DNA from: Candidatus Bathyarchaeota archaeon | Lineage (GTDB): Archaea; Thermoproteota; Bathyarchaeia; Bathyarchaeales; Bathycorpusculaceae | Assembly: GCA_963833575.1 (NCBI GenBank) | Contig: CAWHXY010000004.1 | Coordinates: 896,001 to 960,000 of the forward strand | DNA length: 64,000 nucleotides | Direction: 5' to 3' | In this document: positions 1-10,579 of the stretch, piece after piece | Numbering within the stretch: position 1 is the first letter of the stretch | Layout: each line of letters begins with the position of its first letter | Program-made: the position numbers and the translations under genes | Notes under the pieces: generated by a model | The model's database searches: none | Told to the model about the DNA's origin: nothing | What the model saw: only the letters and a program-made list of their open reading frames with translations

Positions 1-612
1 TTAACGGCAGTAATGCTAGTCATTCTGGCGTTGCTCAACGACATTCCAATCATGACCATTGCTTATGATAATGTGAGGGTGCAAGAGAAACCCGTTCGCT
101 GGAACATGCGTGGGGTATTAATCGTAGCGTCTCTGCTTGGCACAACAGGTGTCATTTCAAGTTTTGGGCTATTCTTGATTGGCTTAACAATATTTCACCT
201 AAGCTTTAGTACACTGCAGACGCTGATTTTCTTAAAAATGGCCGTCGCAGGACACTTGACTATTTATTTGGCTCGAACTGGAGTGAACCACTTCTGGAAA
301 CGTCCGCTTCCGGCCAGTATTCTCTTTGTTGCCACAGAGGTCACTCAAGTTGTTGGAACGTTGTTTGCTGTCTATGGTGTATTTATGAATCCGATTGGGT
401 GGGGATTCGCCGCTTTCGTCTGGGGGTATGCATTGCTTGCTTTCTTGATAACCGACCAGTTAAAGATTCACTTCTTCAGGTTAATGGGGCATGAAGAAGC
501 GATTTCTAATAGAGAACAATCCATAATTTCAACCACATTTTCTCATGTCAAATTGTACTTTTTCAAAACTTTTAAAAATCGTCAAACCCTGAAAATGAAG
601 GAAGCGAAATAG
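1..612 (+). CDS. C-terminal part of plasma-membrane-type H+-transporting P-type ATPase (P3A), cut by window edge
   Basis: LALLNDIPIMTIAYDNV...P..W and LTIYLART motifs typical of P3A ATPase TM6-TM10. Confidence 0.85.
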   Translation, partial: LTAVMLVILALLNDIPIMTIAYDNVRVQEKPVRWNMRGVLIVASLLGTTGVISSFGLFLIGLTIFHLSFSTLQTLIFLKMAVAGHLTIYLARTGVNHFWKRPLPASILFVATEVTQVVGTLFAVYGVFMNPIGWGFAAFVWGYALLAFLITDQLKIHFFRLMGHEEAISNREQSIISTTFSHVKLYFFKTFKNRQTLKMKEAK

Positions 613-693
613 GTCAACTATAAAAAAGACAAGAAAACAATCTGGCGCCATTTACCCTTAGTAACTTTGCAGCTCATTTGCATGATTTTTTCG

Positions 694-2505
694 CTAAGTT
701 CTCTTTTCTTCTTCTCCATCGACGCTTCCTGAAAGTTTAACCTCGTCCAATTTTGATCTAATCTCAATGTTATAGACCCGCCAGATGTCTTCTCGTGTGA
801 TTATACCTATCAACTTTAGTTTACCTTCCTGTTCAATAACTGGTAAGCGTCCGACTTGGTTGCTTGTCATCTTGTCAAACGCTGTATAGAGGCTTTCATT
901 TGGGGTTGTTGTGACCAGCTCTTTCGCCATTACTGAGCTCACTTTGGTCTTAGCCCTCTGATCTGGATGGACTTGAAGAACATCGGTAAGTGTAACTATG
1001 CCAACAAGTTTGCTGTTGTTATCCAAGACTGGATTGCCTTTTATTCCGTTCTTTGACAATATCTCAGCGACTTCTGAAATCAATGAGTTAGGCGTAGTTG
1101 TGATGATCTTTTTGGTCATTGCATCTTTGACAAATAGCTTTTGAAGTAGAGGAATTGAGTATTCGCCTCTGTGTGCTGGAGACTCAGCCCTTGATTGAAC
1201 CTGGCTTCTATAGATCGTTATTTTTCCTGTGATTACATATGCAATAGTTGTAGCTATCATAGATGGAACAAGCAGAGTGAATCCTCCCGTCATTTCGCTA
1301 ACCATAAGTATTACTGCAACAGGCACTTTGCCTACCCCACCGAAAAACGCCATCATCCCAACAATTACAAACGCTGCAATAACTGGACTAAAGTTTGGAA
1401 AAACATTGCTTAGAAGTATCCAAAGTGATGCGCCTAGCAAGCCTCCTACAACCAAGGCCGGAGCGAAAACGCCTCCGCTTCCTCCGGAACCTACCGTAAG
1501 TGAAGTAGCTATTATTTTGACTACTATAATTACAGGAATCAAAATGATAGGGAACAAGACGAAGTTACCCGTCATTGCTATTTGAAGCCAACCGTAACCC
1601 ATGCCGAGCACTTGCGGGAGAAACATTCCGATAATACCCACAAGTAATCCGCCCAATGCTGGTTTCAAGAAACGCGATATTCCTAGACGCTGAAAATAAG
1701 CTCTCATGCCGTAAAATCCCTTGACGTAAACTATGCCTACTAAACCACAGAGTAAACCCAAGACAGCGTAAAATGGCAGATTAATTGGATCGTTGAAGGC
1801 ACCCAGATTCATGTACCCAAATATGGGTGTCCATCCAGTATAGGACGCGAATATGCTGTAGCCCACAGTGGAAGCAATGAAGGCTGGCAGCAACGTCTCA
1901 ACTTCAAAATCACCAATGTAGAGAATTTCAGTGCTTAATATAGCCCCTCCAAATGGTGCCTTGAAGATAGAGCCGATTCCTGCGCCTATGCCAACTGCAA
2001 CTGCAATTCTTCTGTCTTTTGAGCTAAGATGAAGTCTCCTACCTAAGAAAGAACCGAAACCTGCGCCTATCTGCGCTGTTGGGCCTTCTCTGCCAGCACT
2101 TCCTCCAGAGCCAATTGTTATCGCTGAGGCCACAAGCTTAACTAAAGGTATTCGGGATCTAATCTCGCCCTTTTTATTATGAAAGGCATCAATTGCTGCG
2201 TCAGTTCCGTGGCCCTCAGCTTCTGGTGCAAAGCCATATACAAGTATGCCACTCAAGAGTCCACCAACAGTAGTCACCAGCGGGATCAAGTAAAAACGGG
2301 AAGAAACTAACCCTAAGGTTCCGCCTTCTCCCGCCGGTGAAGGAGCAAAAAAACCAGCGACGCCCCCGAGTAAAACTTTACTTGCGAGTCTAATGGCTTC
2401 ATAGAAAACAATACTTCCTACTCCGCTGACCAGGCCAATCAAAATAGCGATAGGAACCCATTTTCTAAGATAACTGAACTCCTGAGAAGCACTTGGGGAT
2501 TTCAC
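694..2505 (-). CDS. CLC chloride channel/antiporter with two C-terminal CBS domains
   Basis: GSAGREGP and GSGGVFAP motifs, many TM helices, CBS pair. Confidence 0.93.
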   Translation of the reverse strand: MKSPSASQEFSYLRKWVPIAILIGLVSGVGSIVFYEAIRLASKVLLGGVAGFFAPSPAGEGGTLGLVSSRFYLIPLVTTVGGLLSGILVYGFAPEAEGHGTDAAIDAFHNKKGEIRSRIPLVKLVASAITIGSGGSAGREGPTAQIGAGFGSFLGRRLHLSSKDRRIAVAVGIGAGIGSIFKAPFGGAILSTEILYIGDFEVETLLPAFIASTVGYSIFASYTGWTPIFGYMNLGAFNDPINLPFYAVLGLLCGLVGIVYVKGFYGMRAYFQRLGISRFLKPALGGLLVGIIGMFLPQVLGMGYGWLQIAMTGNFVLFPIILIPVIIVVKIIATSLTVGSGGSGGVFAPALVVGGLLGASLWILLSNVFPNFSPVIAAFVIVGMMAFFGGVGKVPVAVILMVSEMTGGFTLLVPSMIATTIAYVITGKITIYRSQVQSRAESPAHRGEYSIPLLQKLFVKDAMTKKIITTTPNSLISEVAEILSKNGIKGNPVLDNNSKLVGIVTLTDVLQVHPDQRAKTKVSSVMAKELVTTTPNESLYTAFDKMTSNQVGRLPVIEQEGKLKLIGIITREDIWRVYNIEIRSKLDEVKLSGSVDGEEEKRT

Positions 2506-2766
2506 TTATTTTTTCCATCTCGAATATCCTTTGCACACATTAAAGTCAGATATAAATAGAATGCAAATAATATATCAAAATAGGATAAAAGGAATAGTGA
2601 AACCGGCTCTTTCTTTGGCTCCATATTTGAATTTTGGTTGTTCCTCGTGTTCCAGTATGTTCAAGGATTTTATTGGAATAATGATGTAAACACAGTCTTC
2701 AAACTTATAGAGTGCTTTTGTAGTTTCTTGAAGTTGGGCAATCAAGGACTTGTGGGAGTAGGATTA

Positions 2767-3006
2767 CTACCAGCGACCGCACATGCCCATGCCCATTCCA
2801 TGCCCATAAGGATATACAGATTGTCCTGACCCATAGGACCCTTGCTGTGGATACGGATAGTAACTGCCACTAGCCCCCTGTAAAATTTGGTTTGTAGAAT
2901 TGTTTCTTGTCTGCGCACCTGCAAATTGTGCAAACGCAATGCCAGCAACTACAGCGACCAGAACCGAAGCTACTACCAGGAGTATTATGGCTTTTGTCTT
3001 TTCCAT
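2767..3006 (-). CDS. Small secreted or membrane-anchored protein with Gly/Met-rich C-terminus
   Basis: GAGGTGA SD upstream, hydrophobic N-terminus, ends GHGMGMGMCGRW. Confidence 0.7.
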   Translation of the reverse strand: MEKTKAIILLVVASVLVAVVAGIAFAQFAGAQTRNNSTNQILQGASGSYYPYPQQGSYGSGQSVYPYGHGMGMGMCGRW

Positions 3007-3058
3007 TCTTTTTCACCTCAACATACTATTATGCTTGGAGTGGTAAGATAGTTCGCTG

Positions 3059-3126
3059 AAACAAAGTCAGTGATCTATGAAACAATATTGAAACAGTCTA
3101 AACAATCGGGCTATGGATAAAAAACA
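3059..3126. promoter_or_regulatory. Repeated AAACA boxes in divergent intergenic region (candidate operator)
   Basis: AAACA at 3059, 3080, 3091, 3100, 3122 between two divergent genes. Confidence 0.35.
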
Positions 3127-3174
3127 GACGGAAGCGCATAAACTTTAATTCATCGCTCAGACTTTCTCTGAGAT

Positions 3175-3879
3175 ATGCAAAGATTGCATATTTTCCTCAT
3201 TATTCTTATCACGACAATTGCGGTGCTGATATCCATAGCTACAGTCGCTTGGTATCTATCCGTTACAGATCCATCCTACTACGGGTCAAGCTGGATGAGC
3301 CAAATGTGGGGTAACCATCTAGGCGCCAGCGGAAACTATGGAGGAATGGGCGGCATGATGGGAACCGGCAATGGAAGCAATGGAACAAACACAACCTCTT
3401 ATTTGTGGATAGTACCTGTATTGTTGATTGTTGCTTCCGCAGTTGCCGTCATCGGAGTTGTTTTTTACTTGGTTTTTCCTGAGCTAAGGTACATTAAAAG
3501 CAAAGGTTCATTCAATCCTCAAATGCCAGAACTTACTCCCACCCAAACAACAAACACAAGTACAACTGCCAACGTTTCTCCTGCTTCTGTTCCGCCTGTT
3601 TCAAGTGTTTCAGCTGTTTCAAATAGCTGCGAAGTACTTTTGAAAACAATGACTCCTGAAGAGCAGAAAGTTCTAAACATTTTGATCAATCATCAGGGCA
3701 AATATTTGCAGAAATATGTTGTAAAAGAAGCTGGTCTTAGCAGACTTAAGACTCATAGGGTAGTAGCTCGTTTCGCCCAACGAGGCATCGTAACAGTTAA
3801 TGAATTCGGGAACACCAATGAAATAATTCTGTCGGATTGGGTCAAAGGTTACACTGTACAAAAAACATCTGGATCCTAA
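3175..3879 (+). CDS. Membrane-anchored winged-HTH transcriptional regulator
   Basis: Two TM segments around a GGMGGMMG loop; C-terminal wHTH (QKYVVKEAGLSRLKTHRVVARFAQRGIV). Confidence 0.8.
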   Translation: MQRLHIFLIILITTIAVLISIATVAWYLSVTDPSYYGSSWMSQMWGNHLGASGNYGGMGGMMGTGNGSNGTNTTSYLWIVPVLLIVASAVAVIGVVFYLVFPELRYIKSKGSFNPQMPELTPTQTTNTSTTANVSPASVPPVSSVSAVSNSCEVLLKTMTPEEQKVLNILINHQGKYLQKYVVKEAGLSRLKTHRVVARFAQRGIVTVNEFGNTNEIILSDWVKGYTVQKTSGS

Positions 3880-3977
3880 TTAGTTTCAGTGACGACATTT
3901 CTTCATGTCATCAACAAAATGTTAGTTTCCTTTTCCAAAATATTTGAAGAAGAATGTTAAGGCTAAACCTTAACCGC

Positions 3978-4166
3978 TTAGCAGTGGTCGCGACCGCAAC
4001 TGCAATTTTGACTCGATGACGTACCGCTGATGTATTTTTGGGGATTTGCTTCAAAGGATTTTTTGCAGCCTGGAGCGCAGAAATAGTAGTATTTGCCTTG
4101 ATAGATTGTTTTGTACTTTGCAGTTTTCTCATCGACTTCCATGTTGCATACTAAATCTTTAGCCAT
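3978..4166 (-). CDS. YHS-domain metal-binding protein
   Basis: DLVCNMEVD...YYFCAPGCKKSFEANP; GGAGGTGA SD. Confidence 0.9.
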   Translation of the reverse strand: MAKDLVCNMEVDEKTAKYKTIYQGKYYYFCAPGCKKSFEANPQKYISGTSSSQNCSCGRDHC

Positions 4167-4203
4167 ATTTTTTCACCTCCAAAACATTGCTTGATGTCTG
4201 TGA

Positions 4204-6624
4204 CTATATTTTTGGTTTAAATCTCCTGAGGAGTGAGGCGTTTGTGACTACAGTTACTGAACTGCTTGCCATGGCTGCTGCCGCATACACCGGGTTAAAG
4301 AGGACATGCAAGATAGGATAGAATGCGCCTGCCGCCAAGGGAACGAGGATGATGTTGTAGAAGAATGCCCAGAATAGATTCTGCCGAATTTTCTTCATCG
4401 TCGCTCGACTTAACTGGATTGCGACAACTACATCTCGCAAATCGTTCTTTATTAACACTATATCTCCCGTTTCAATAGCTACATCTGTTCCGCTGCCCAC
4501 AGCTATCCCAATGTTAGCCTGGGCTAATGCGGGTGCATCGTTTATTCCGTCTCCGACCATAGCGACAACTTTGCCTTCTGCTTGAAGCCTCTTTATCTCT
4601 GTTGCTTTTTCGCTTGGAAGAACCTCTGCAAAGACGCGGTTAACGCCTACCTGCGCTGCGATGGCTTTGGCTGTTCTCTGGTTGTCGCCCGTAATCATGA
4701 TGACTTCCAATCCCATCTGTTGAAGGGTCTTTACTGCATCGGCGGAGTGCTCCTTTAAGGTGTCAGCCACCGCTATCAAACCTGCAAACTGGTTGTCAAC
4801 GGCTAGGAGCATGGCGGTTTTGCCTTCTTCCTCAAACGCCGACATTTCCCCCTCAAGCGCTCTGATGTCCAAGTTGTTTGCTTCCATCAGTTTTCGGTTG
4901 CCCAACAATATTTTGGCGCCTCTATGTTCCACCTCTACTCCGTATCCGGGGATAGCGTTGAACAATTCCGGTTCATCAATTTGGATTCCCTTTTCTTTTG
5001 CTTTTTTCACTATGGCTGCTCCCAGGGGATGCTCGGAGTTTTTCTCTGCGATGGCGGCGAACTGAAGAAGTTGAGCTTCCCCGAACGGTTCAGATGGGGC
5101 GATGTCGGTTACTTCGGGTTCGCCCTTCGTTAGTGTTCCTGTTTTATCAAAGACAATTGCTTGAAGCTTGTATACCGCTTCCAATGCTTCGCCGCTTTTT
5201 ATCAGGATGCCGTTTTCTGCTCCTTTTCCGACACCCACCATTATCGCTGTAGGAGTAGCGAGTCCAAGAGCGCAAGGGCAAGCCACTATTAACACTGCGA
5301 TGAAAACTGTGAGTGAGAAGATAAATGATGCTCCGACAATAAAGTACCATGCCAACGCTGAAAGTGTCGCCGTAATTATGATGGCTGGAACAAAATATCC
5401 CGAAGCAATGTCGGCTAATCTTTGAATTGGCGCTTTGGAAGTTAACGCATCTTCAACCATGCTTATGATTTGTGCAAGAACTGTGTCTTTGCCGACTTTT
5501 GTGGCTTTGAACTTTAGCATACCTGTCTTGTTCATGGTGGCTCCTATGACTTGGTCGCTGATTCTCTTTTCGACTGGGATGCTTTCGCCCGTGATGACTT
5601 TTTCGTCCACTGCCGAGTATCCTTCGGTAACAGTGCCGTCGACGGGAATTTTTTCTCCTGGTCTAACTACGACGATGTCGCCTACTTGTACGTCTTCAAC
5701 TGGAATTTCCTGTTCTTCGCCGTTGCGGATTACTCGGGCTGTTTTGGCTTGGAGACCCATGATTTTTCGGATGGCTTCCGAGGTTCTGCCCTTAGCTACG
5801 GCATCTAAGAGTTTTCCCAGCAAGATGAAGCTCATAATCATGGTGGCGGTATCGAAGAACACTCCTGCACCTGGGAAAACGTTTGGGGCAAAGGTTACGA
5901 CGGTGCTGTAAATCCATGCGGTGGATGTGCCCATGGCAATTAAGGTGTCCATGTTAGTGGTCTTGTTTCGTAGCCCTTTGTAGGTGCCAACGTAGAAGGT
6001 CCAGCCCACGATGAACTGAACTGGCGTTGCAAGTAGGAACATGAAGATGTTGTTTTGCTCCATGGGCAGAGGTGAGAGCCACATCAAAACAAGGATCGGA
6101 ATAGTCAGAGCAACGCTTGTGGCTAAAAGGATTTTTAGGTGTCGAATGTGGCGTTTGCGTTCTTCTCCCGCTGTGTCCTCATGGGTTTTTTGTTGTTGTT
6201 CGATTACTTGGTATCCGCTGTCCTGGATGGTTTTTTTGATGCTTGGCAAGCTGATTTGCTGGGGGTTATATTCGACTGAGACGCTTTCAGCGACAAAGTT
6301 GACGACTGCGTTATAGACTCCTTCGCGGTTGCCCAAGGCTTTCTCGATGGTTTTGGCGCAGTTAACGCATGACATGCCGCCGATTTGGAGGACGATTTTT
6401 TCGTGGATTACATGATAGCCTGAGTCGGTGATGACGGTTTCGATGGTTTTTTGGGTGATGAGGTCGGGGTTGTAGTCAATTAGTGCTTGTTCAGCGGCGA
6501 GATTTACTGTAGCTTGGGTTACGCCTTTTAGTTTGGCGAGTTCCTTTTCGATGGTATGTGCGCAGTTTATGCAGCTCATGCCACCGATGTTGAGGGTGAT
6601 TCTCTTGTTTTTTTCTTGGCTCAT
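4204..6624 (-). CDS. copA: Cu(I)-exporting P1B-type ATPase
   Basis: Two GMSCxxC HMA domains, [34 protein letters not shown]/MxxSS. Confidence 0.95.
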   Translation of the reverse strand: MSQEKNKRITLNIGGMSCINCAHTIEKELAKLKGVTQATVNLAAEQALIDYNPDLITQKTIETVITDSGYHVIHEKIVLQIGGMSCVNCAKTIEKALGNREGVYNAVVNFVAESVSVEYNPQQISLPSIKKTIQDSGYQVIEQQQKTHEDTAGEERKRHIRHLKILLATSVALTIPILVLMWLSPLPMEQNNIFMFLLATPVQFIVGWTFYVGTYKGLRNKTTNMDTLIAMGTSTAWIYSTVVTFAPNVFPGAGVFFDTATMIMSFILLGKLLDAVAKGRTSEAIRKIMGLQAKTARVIRNGEEQEIPVEDVQVGDIVVVRPGEKIPVDGTVTEGYSAVDEKVITGESIPVEKRISDQVIGATMNKTGMLKFKATKVGKDTVLAQIISMVEDALTSKAPIQRLADIASGYFVPAIIITATLSALAWYFIVGASFIFSLTVFIAVLIVACPCALGLATPTAIMVGVGKGAENGILIKSGEALEAVYKLQAIVFDKTGTLTKGEPEVTDIAPSEPFGEAQLLQFAAIAEKNSEHPLGAAIVKKAKEKGIQIDEPELFNAIPGYGVEVEHRGAKILLGNRKLMEANNLDIRALEGEMSAFEEEGKTAMLLAVDNQFAGLIAVADTLKEHSADAVKTLQQMGLEVIMITGDNQRTAKAIAAQVGVNRVFAEVLPSEKATEIKRLQAEGKVVAMVGDGINDAPALAQANIGIAVGSGTDVAIETGDIVLIKNDLRDVVVAIQLSRATMKKIRQNLFWAFFYNIILVPLAAGAFYPILHVLFNPVYAAAAMASSSVTVVTNASLLRRFKPKI

Positions 6625-6691
6625 ATTATCTTTGCCTTGAGTTGTGTCTTTTTTGCGTTTATCTTAGTCAAGTCCATTTTTGATAAATCTG

Positions 6692-7684
6692 TTATTCGAA
6701 CTGGTAACTATTTCCAACACTGTTGTAAGTAAAGGCATTTGGGAATGTTTGAGCTATCAAGATTAATGCTCGCCATCCAGTGCAATGAGAGGGTACGATT
6801 AATTCCGGGTTAATCTCTTTTAGCGCATCTATCGTAGGTTCAATTCTTTTCTCAAATTCTTTTCCAGCTAAATGAAAGCCGCCCAATATTGCGTAAACCT
6901 TTGTTAATCCTGTAATCTCTTGAGCATATCGAATGGTGTTTATAATGCCAGCGTGAGCACACCCAGAAATGATAACTAAACCTTTGCCTTTGACTTTAAT
7001 GACTATAGCACGGTCATCCAGGACTACTAGGTCGGGTTGCCAAGTGTTGTCATCATAAATTCTATTTTGCGTTAAGCCATGTTCAAAAGTCGCTTTTCTT
7101 GGAATTTCTCCAGTGATGCAGGCTAAATCATTTGCAATTAAATACGGCTTTTTTGTGTTAACGATTTTCGCTGGAATTAGCTGCTCTAAATCCGGGAAAA
7201 GTGGATACTCTCTTATATTTCCGCTAAGACTGGCGGTTCCTCTACGTTTAACCACGTCTTCGTGAGCTATTATTGGCAAGTCGATTTTGTTAACAACTTT
7301 AATTACTGCTTGTAATCCCCCAAAATGATCGTAATGGCCATGGGAAAGGACAACATAAGAAACTTCGTTTAGGTCGATTCCCATACGCTTTGAGTTCACA
7401 ATTACTCCGTTGGAACTAACGCCAGTATCAAAAAGAATGCTCCAACGCTCTTGATCTGTAAAAATGCGAACGAGTATAGAAAAACCATGCTCTGCAAACG
7501 GCAAGTCTTTATGCGCTGAAGCCCACTCCGCGCCATATTGATCTTTAGCCCAGTGCCAAAGCGATTTCACTTCTTTTCTAGTGTTGCTTGAAAGAAAATC
7601 TATATTGTTGTCCATTAAGGAAACGATTTCTATTTTTGATGCTTCTTTCAAGTCTATAGTTTCTGTGACCAAATACTGATCCAA
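6692..7684 (-). CDS. Metallo-beta-lactamase-fold hydrolase (DHPS-like MBL subgroup)
   Basis: AEHGFS, DTG, LSHGHYDHFGG, GCAHAG, GGFHL, PSHCTG; start approximate. Confidence 0.88.
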   Translation of the reverse strand: MDQYLVTETIDLKEASKIEIVSLMDNNIDFLSSNTRKEVKSLWHWAKDQYGAEWASAHKDLPFAEHGFSILVRIFTDQERWSILFDTGVSSNGVIVNSKRMGIDLNEVSYVVLSHGHYDHFGGLQAVIKVVNKIDLPIIAHEDVVKRRGTASLSGNIREYPLFPDLEQLIPAKIVNTKKPYLIANDLACITGEIPRKATFEHGLTQNRIYDDNTWQPDLVVLDDRAIVIKVKGKGLVIISGCAHAGIINTIRYAQEITGLTKVYAILGGFHLAGKEFEKRIEPTIDALKEINPELIVPSHCTGWRALILIAQTFPNAFTYNSVGNSYQFE

Positions 7685-8260
7685 CTATAAAATTCCTCGG
7701 TAATTTTCTGTGGTTGGGCAACCGACACACTTTTGGGTTTCATATCGGCTGCAGGGGTCGCATTCAATATTGCACGGTGCAACTTTTTTTTCTTTGTTTG
7801 CCAGGTTTTCTCTTATTTGAAGGAAAGGTGAAAAATAGGTGTCGCTTACAGGGTAGAATTCTGATCTTCGAATTCCTTTGCTGCATCTTAAGGAGCATTT
7901 CTCCATCGAGATGCTTTCTAAGGTTTCTCTCGTTTCTGCAACTATAAGTGCCATTAAATTGTAGCCGCCTATTGTTTTAAAAATCTGAACTATCCTGGGG
8001 CATTCTTCGAAACGGTCGAGGACGTTTTGCATCGCTTCTGCGCTCTCCATTTCCAGCATTACGATAGCCAGATGAAGCCCAAGTGCGCTTGGGTTGACCA
8101 GAGCGGATATTTTGATTACACCGTTATCAATAAGTTTTTCAAGTCTTTTCTTTGTTCCCATACTCGTGAAGCCTGTTAGTTTTGATAAATCCTCAAGAGA
8201 CGTCCTGCCATCTGCTTGAAGTTGAGCTATTATTTTCTTGTCAACCTCATCCATTGCCAT
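7685..8260 (-). CDS. Lrp/AsnC family regulator with C-terminal Cys cluster
   Basis: MDEVDKKIIAQLQADGR HTH; PCNIECDPC...CVGCP tail. Confidence 0.88.
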   Translation of the reverse strand: MAMDEVDKKIIAQLQADGRTSLEDLSKLTGFTSMGTKKRLEKLIDNGVIKISALVNPSALGLHLAIVMLEMESAEAMQNVLDRFEECPRIVQIFKTIGGYNLMALIVAETRETLESISMEKCSLRCSKGIRRSEFYPVSDTYFSPFLQIRENLANKEKKVAPCNIECDPCSRYETQKCVGCPTTENYRGIL

Positions 8261-8264
8261 ACCC

Positions 8265-8310
8265 GTTTACTTTCTAAACATAACCTATTAATATTGTTTA
8301 TCTATTAAAC
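8265..8310. promoter_or_regulatory. Two GTTTA-N5-TAAAC palindromes (candidate Lrp operators)
   Basis: Copies at 8265-8279 and 8296-8310, 31 bp apart, between the Lrp gene and its divergent operon. Confidence 0.65.
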
Positions 8311-8341
8311 TATGTTATAATTAAAATAAAAGGTTATCGAA

Positions 8342-8731
8342 ATGACAAAAAGAATAATGATGCCAGTTGAAGATGATGCAGGATTAGAAGCTCAATTAGC
8401 ACACCACTTCGGAAGAGCACCCTACTTCGCCATAGTAGAACTCGACGAAAACCAAAAAACCTCGAAAGTTAAAACTGAACCAAACAGAAGCGAACACATG
8501 GGAGGCGCCCCAGGGCACTCACATGAAAGCTTTCTAGCACTAAAACCAGACGTCGTCGTGGCCTACACAATGGGTCCTGGAGCACTGAGCACTTTCCAAA
8601 ATGCCGGCATCACAGTTTTAAAAGCAACTGAAAATACGGTGAAGGGCAACGTTGAATCTTTCAAAGAAGGCAAACTCGAAGAGCTAGTTGGCGGATGCGA
8701 ACACGCCCACCACCATGAACACGAACATTAA
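8342..8731 (+). CDS. NifB/NifX family cluster-binding protein
   Basis: HHFGRAPYFAIV, MGPGA, His-rich tail. Confidence 0.9.
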   Translation: MTKRIMMPVEDDAGLEAQLAHHFGRAPYFAIVELDENQKTSKVKTEPNRSEHMGGAPGHSHESFLALKPDVVVAYTMGPGALSTFQNAGITVLKATENTVKGNVESFKEGKLEELVGGCEHAHHHEHEH

Positions 8732-8762
8732 ATTAAACTAAAATCAATAGAGGTGAAGAAAA

Positions 8763-9179
8763 TTGCCGAAAATAAAAGCAAAAGCAACATGGGTTGAAAA
8801 TGTCCGCTCAAAGGTTGATAATCAAAGAAACCACAGCGTAGAATGTGACCTCTCCACGGCTGCGGGAGGAACAGATTGTGGTCCGACCGCACTTGAGCTT
8901 AGCTTGATGGCGTTAGCAGACTGCGGCGTGACAATCTTTGCCGAGGTTTGCAAGAAAAGCAACATTAAACTAAAGATGGTTGAAATTACCGCTGAAGCTG
9001 ACAAATCGCCAGATTCACCGATGATAAGTGGTGTTATTATGAAAGTTAATGCTTCCTCTGATGCAAGAAAAGAGCTGCTAGAGGCTGCTTGGCGAAGAAC
9101 CGAAGCAAATTGTCCTGTGTTGTTTGTCTTTAAAGAACCAACGCCAGTCAAGGTTGAATTTGAAGGAAAAACGGAATAG
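8763..9179 (+). CDS. OsmC-like protein
   Basis: GGTDCGPTALEL..ALADC and NCPV cysteine pair. Confidence 0.85.
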   Translation: MPKIKAKATWVENVRSKVDNQRNHSVECDLSTAAGGTDCGPTALELSLMALADCGVTIFAEVCKKSNIKLKMVEITAEADKSPDSPMISGVIMKVNASSDARKELLEAAWRRTEANCPVLFVFKEPTPVKVEFEGKTE

Positions 9180-9197
9180 ACGCCTAAGGACCTACAA

Positions 9198-9734
9198 ATG
9201 AAGACTGCTCTGATAATTTACTGGTCTAAGACAGGTAACACTGAAAAAGTGGCTAATGCAATCAAACAGGGCTTAGAAGACGCGAGCATTCAAGTAACAA
9301 TTAAGAAGCCTGAGGAAGCAGAAGCGCTTGATTACTTTGACTATGATTTAGTTTGCATAGGTTGTCCGTCGTACTCTTGGCATCCTCCTGAACCCGTGAC
9401 AAACTTTCTTAAGAAAAAATTCGCTGAATATCGACAAAATGGTAAAATCAAGCCTTCAGCTCCAAAAGTTCCAGGCAAAAACGCTATAGTCTTCGTAACT
9501 TACTCTGGACCACATACAGGAATTGACGAAGCAACTCCAGTTGGCAAAGATATACGACAATATTTTGAGCACATAGGTTTCAATGTTATCGATGAATGGT
9601 ACGTTTTAAGCGAATTTCACGGTTCACTTGAACATAGCACTTTGGGTAGATTAGGCGATGTTAGGGGAAAACCGACTTCTGAACAATTGCAAGTCGTAAA
9701 AGATGACTCAAGGCGCATAGGTAAGCTGCTCTAA
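9198..9734 (+). CDS. Flavodoxin-domain protein
   Basis: YWSKTGNTEKVA FMN loop, GCPSY. Confidence 0.88.
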   Translation: MKTALIIYWSKTGNTEKVANAIKQGLEDASIQVTIKKPEEAEALDYFDYDLVCIGCPSYSWHPPEPVTNFLKKKFAEYRQNGKIKPSAPKVPGKNAIVFVTYSGPHTGIDEATPVGKDIRQYFEHIGFNVIDEWYVLSEFHGSLEHSTLGRLGDVRGKPTSEQLQVVKDDSRRIGKLL

Positions 9735-9742
9735 TTCTGTTT

Positions 9743-10099
9743 GTGGTCAATTTGGATAACACTCAAAATAGTTGCAATGCAGAAGCGTCTCAGAAAATTC
9801 TGAGACCAGTTCCCTATGCTCAAGGCTTCCATTTTTTCATGCCAGATGGCCATTATACCGGTGAAATAGCATTATCCCTTTGCTCATTCTTAAAAGACAT
9901 GGGAAGCATTGATACACAATCGATCAAATTTCACTTTGACCGCGGTGACTTCCAGAAGTGGTTAAGAACTACAGTCGGCGATGAGAAACTCGCCCTAATA
10001 ATTGACAAATTAGACAAGAAAACTCCAGAAGAAAGCCTCCAAGAAAAGTTAGCGGACATAGTGCAAAAAAGAATTGCAGAATTGAAGTTATCACGTTAG
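9743..10099 (+). CDS. DUF5752-like hypothetical protein
   Basis: GFHF...TGEIA.SL..F...SIKFH..RGDFQKWL...GDEKLA pattern. Confidence 0.7.
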   Translation: MVNLDNTQNSCNAEASQKILRPVPYAQGFHFFMPDGHYTGEIALSLCSFLKDMGSIDTQSIKFHFDRGDFQKWLRTTVGDEKLALIIDKLDKKTPEESLQEKLADIVQKRIAELKLSR

Positions 10100-10155
10100 A
10101 TCATCTTGATTGCGACGGTTAGATAGTTGCGAGCCTTTTTCTAAGGGCTAAAATT

Positions 10156-10536
10156 TCAAACGCTTTTTGTTTCCCATTTCGTAAAGTAAATTTTGCCGTC
10201 TTCTCTAAAGGCTCGGAGTAGTTCGCAATGCCTAAAGAAAGCAAATTCTTGCTCTAACTGCTCTGGTTTGATGTTTAGGGTCTTGATCAAATCTTCTTTT
10301 GTAGTTTTACCGTATTTCTCTACGGTGTTGTAGATTTTTTGCTGTAACTCAGTTAAGCCTGAACTTCCTGATTGGCCTAATTGTTTTCGCACAGATAAGG
10401 CTGATGACACAGCCATGGGGTCACAAGCTTTTGGAGGGTTAGTTTCATACATGTAGCAATCTTCGCATAAAACTTGTCCGTTGAGGTCATAAGATTCTCT
10501 TTCATTAATAGATGATTTGCAGCGTTCACATTCCAT
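10156..10536 (-). CDS. Hypothetical protein with N-terminal CxxC..CxxC zinc finger and wHTH-like C-terminus
   Basis: CERC...LCEDCY...ACDPMAV; GGTGAG SD. Confidence 0.75.
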   Translation of the reverse strand: MECERCKSSINERESYDLNGQVLCEDCYMYETNPPKACDPMAVSSALSVRKQLGQSGSSGLTELQQKIYNTVEKYGKTTKEDLIKTLNIKPEQLEQEFAFFRHCELLRAFREDGKIYFTKWETKSV

Positions 10537-10579
10537 TTGCTCTCACCGTTATGTTCTTTCTTTATTTTCTTTTCTTGAC

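Noticed and set aside
2505-2640. Fluoride riboswitch upstream of the CLC gene
   Set aside because: No crcB-motif consensus, and the protein lacks CLC-F signature motifs
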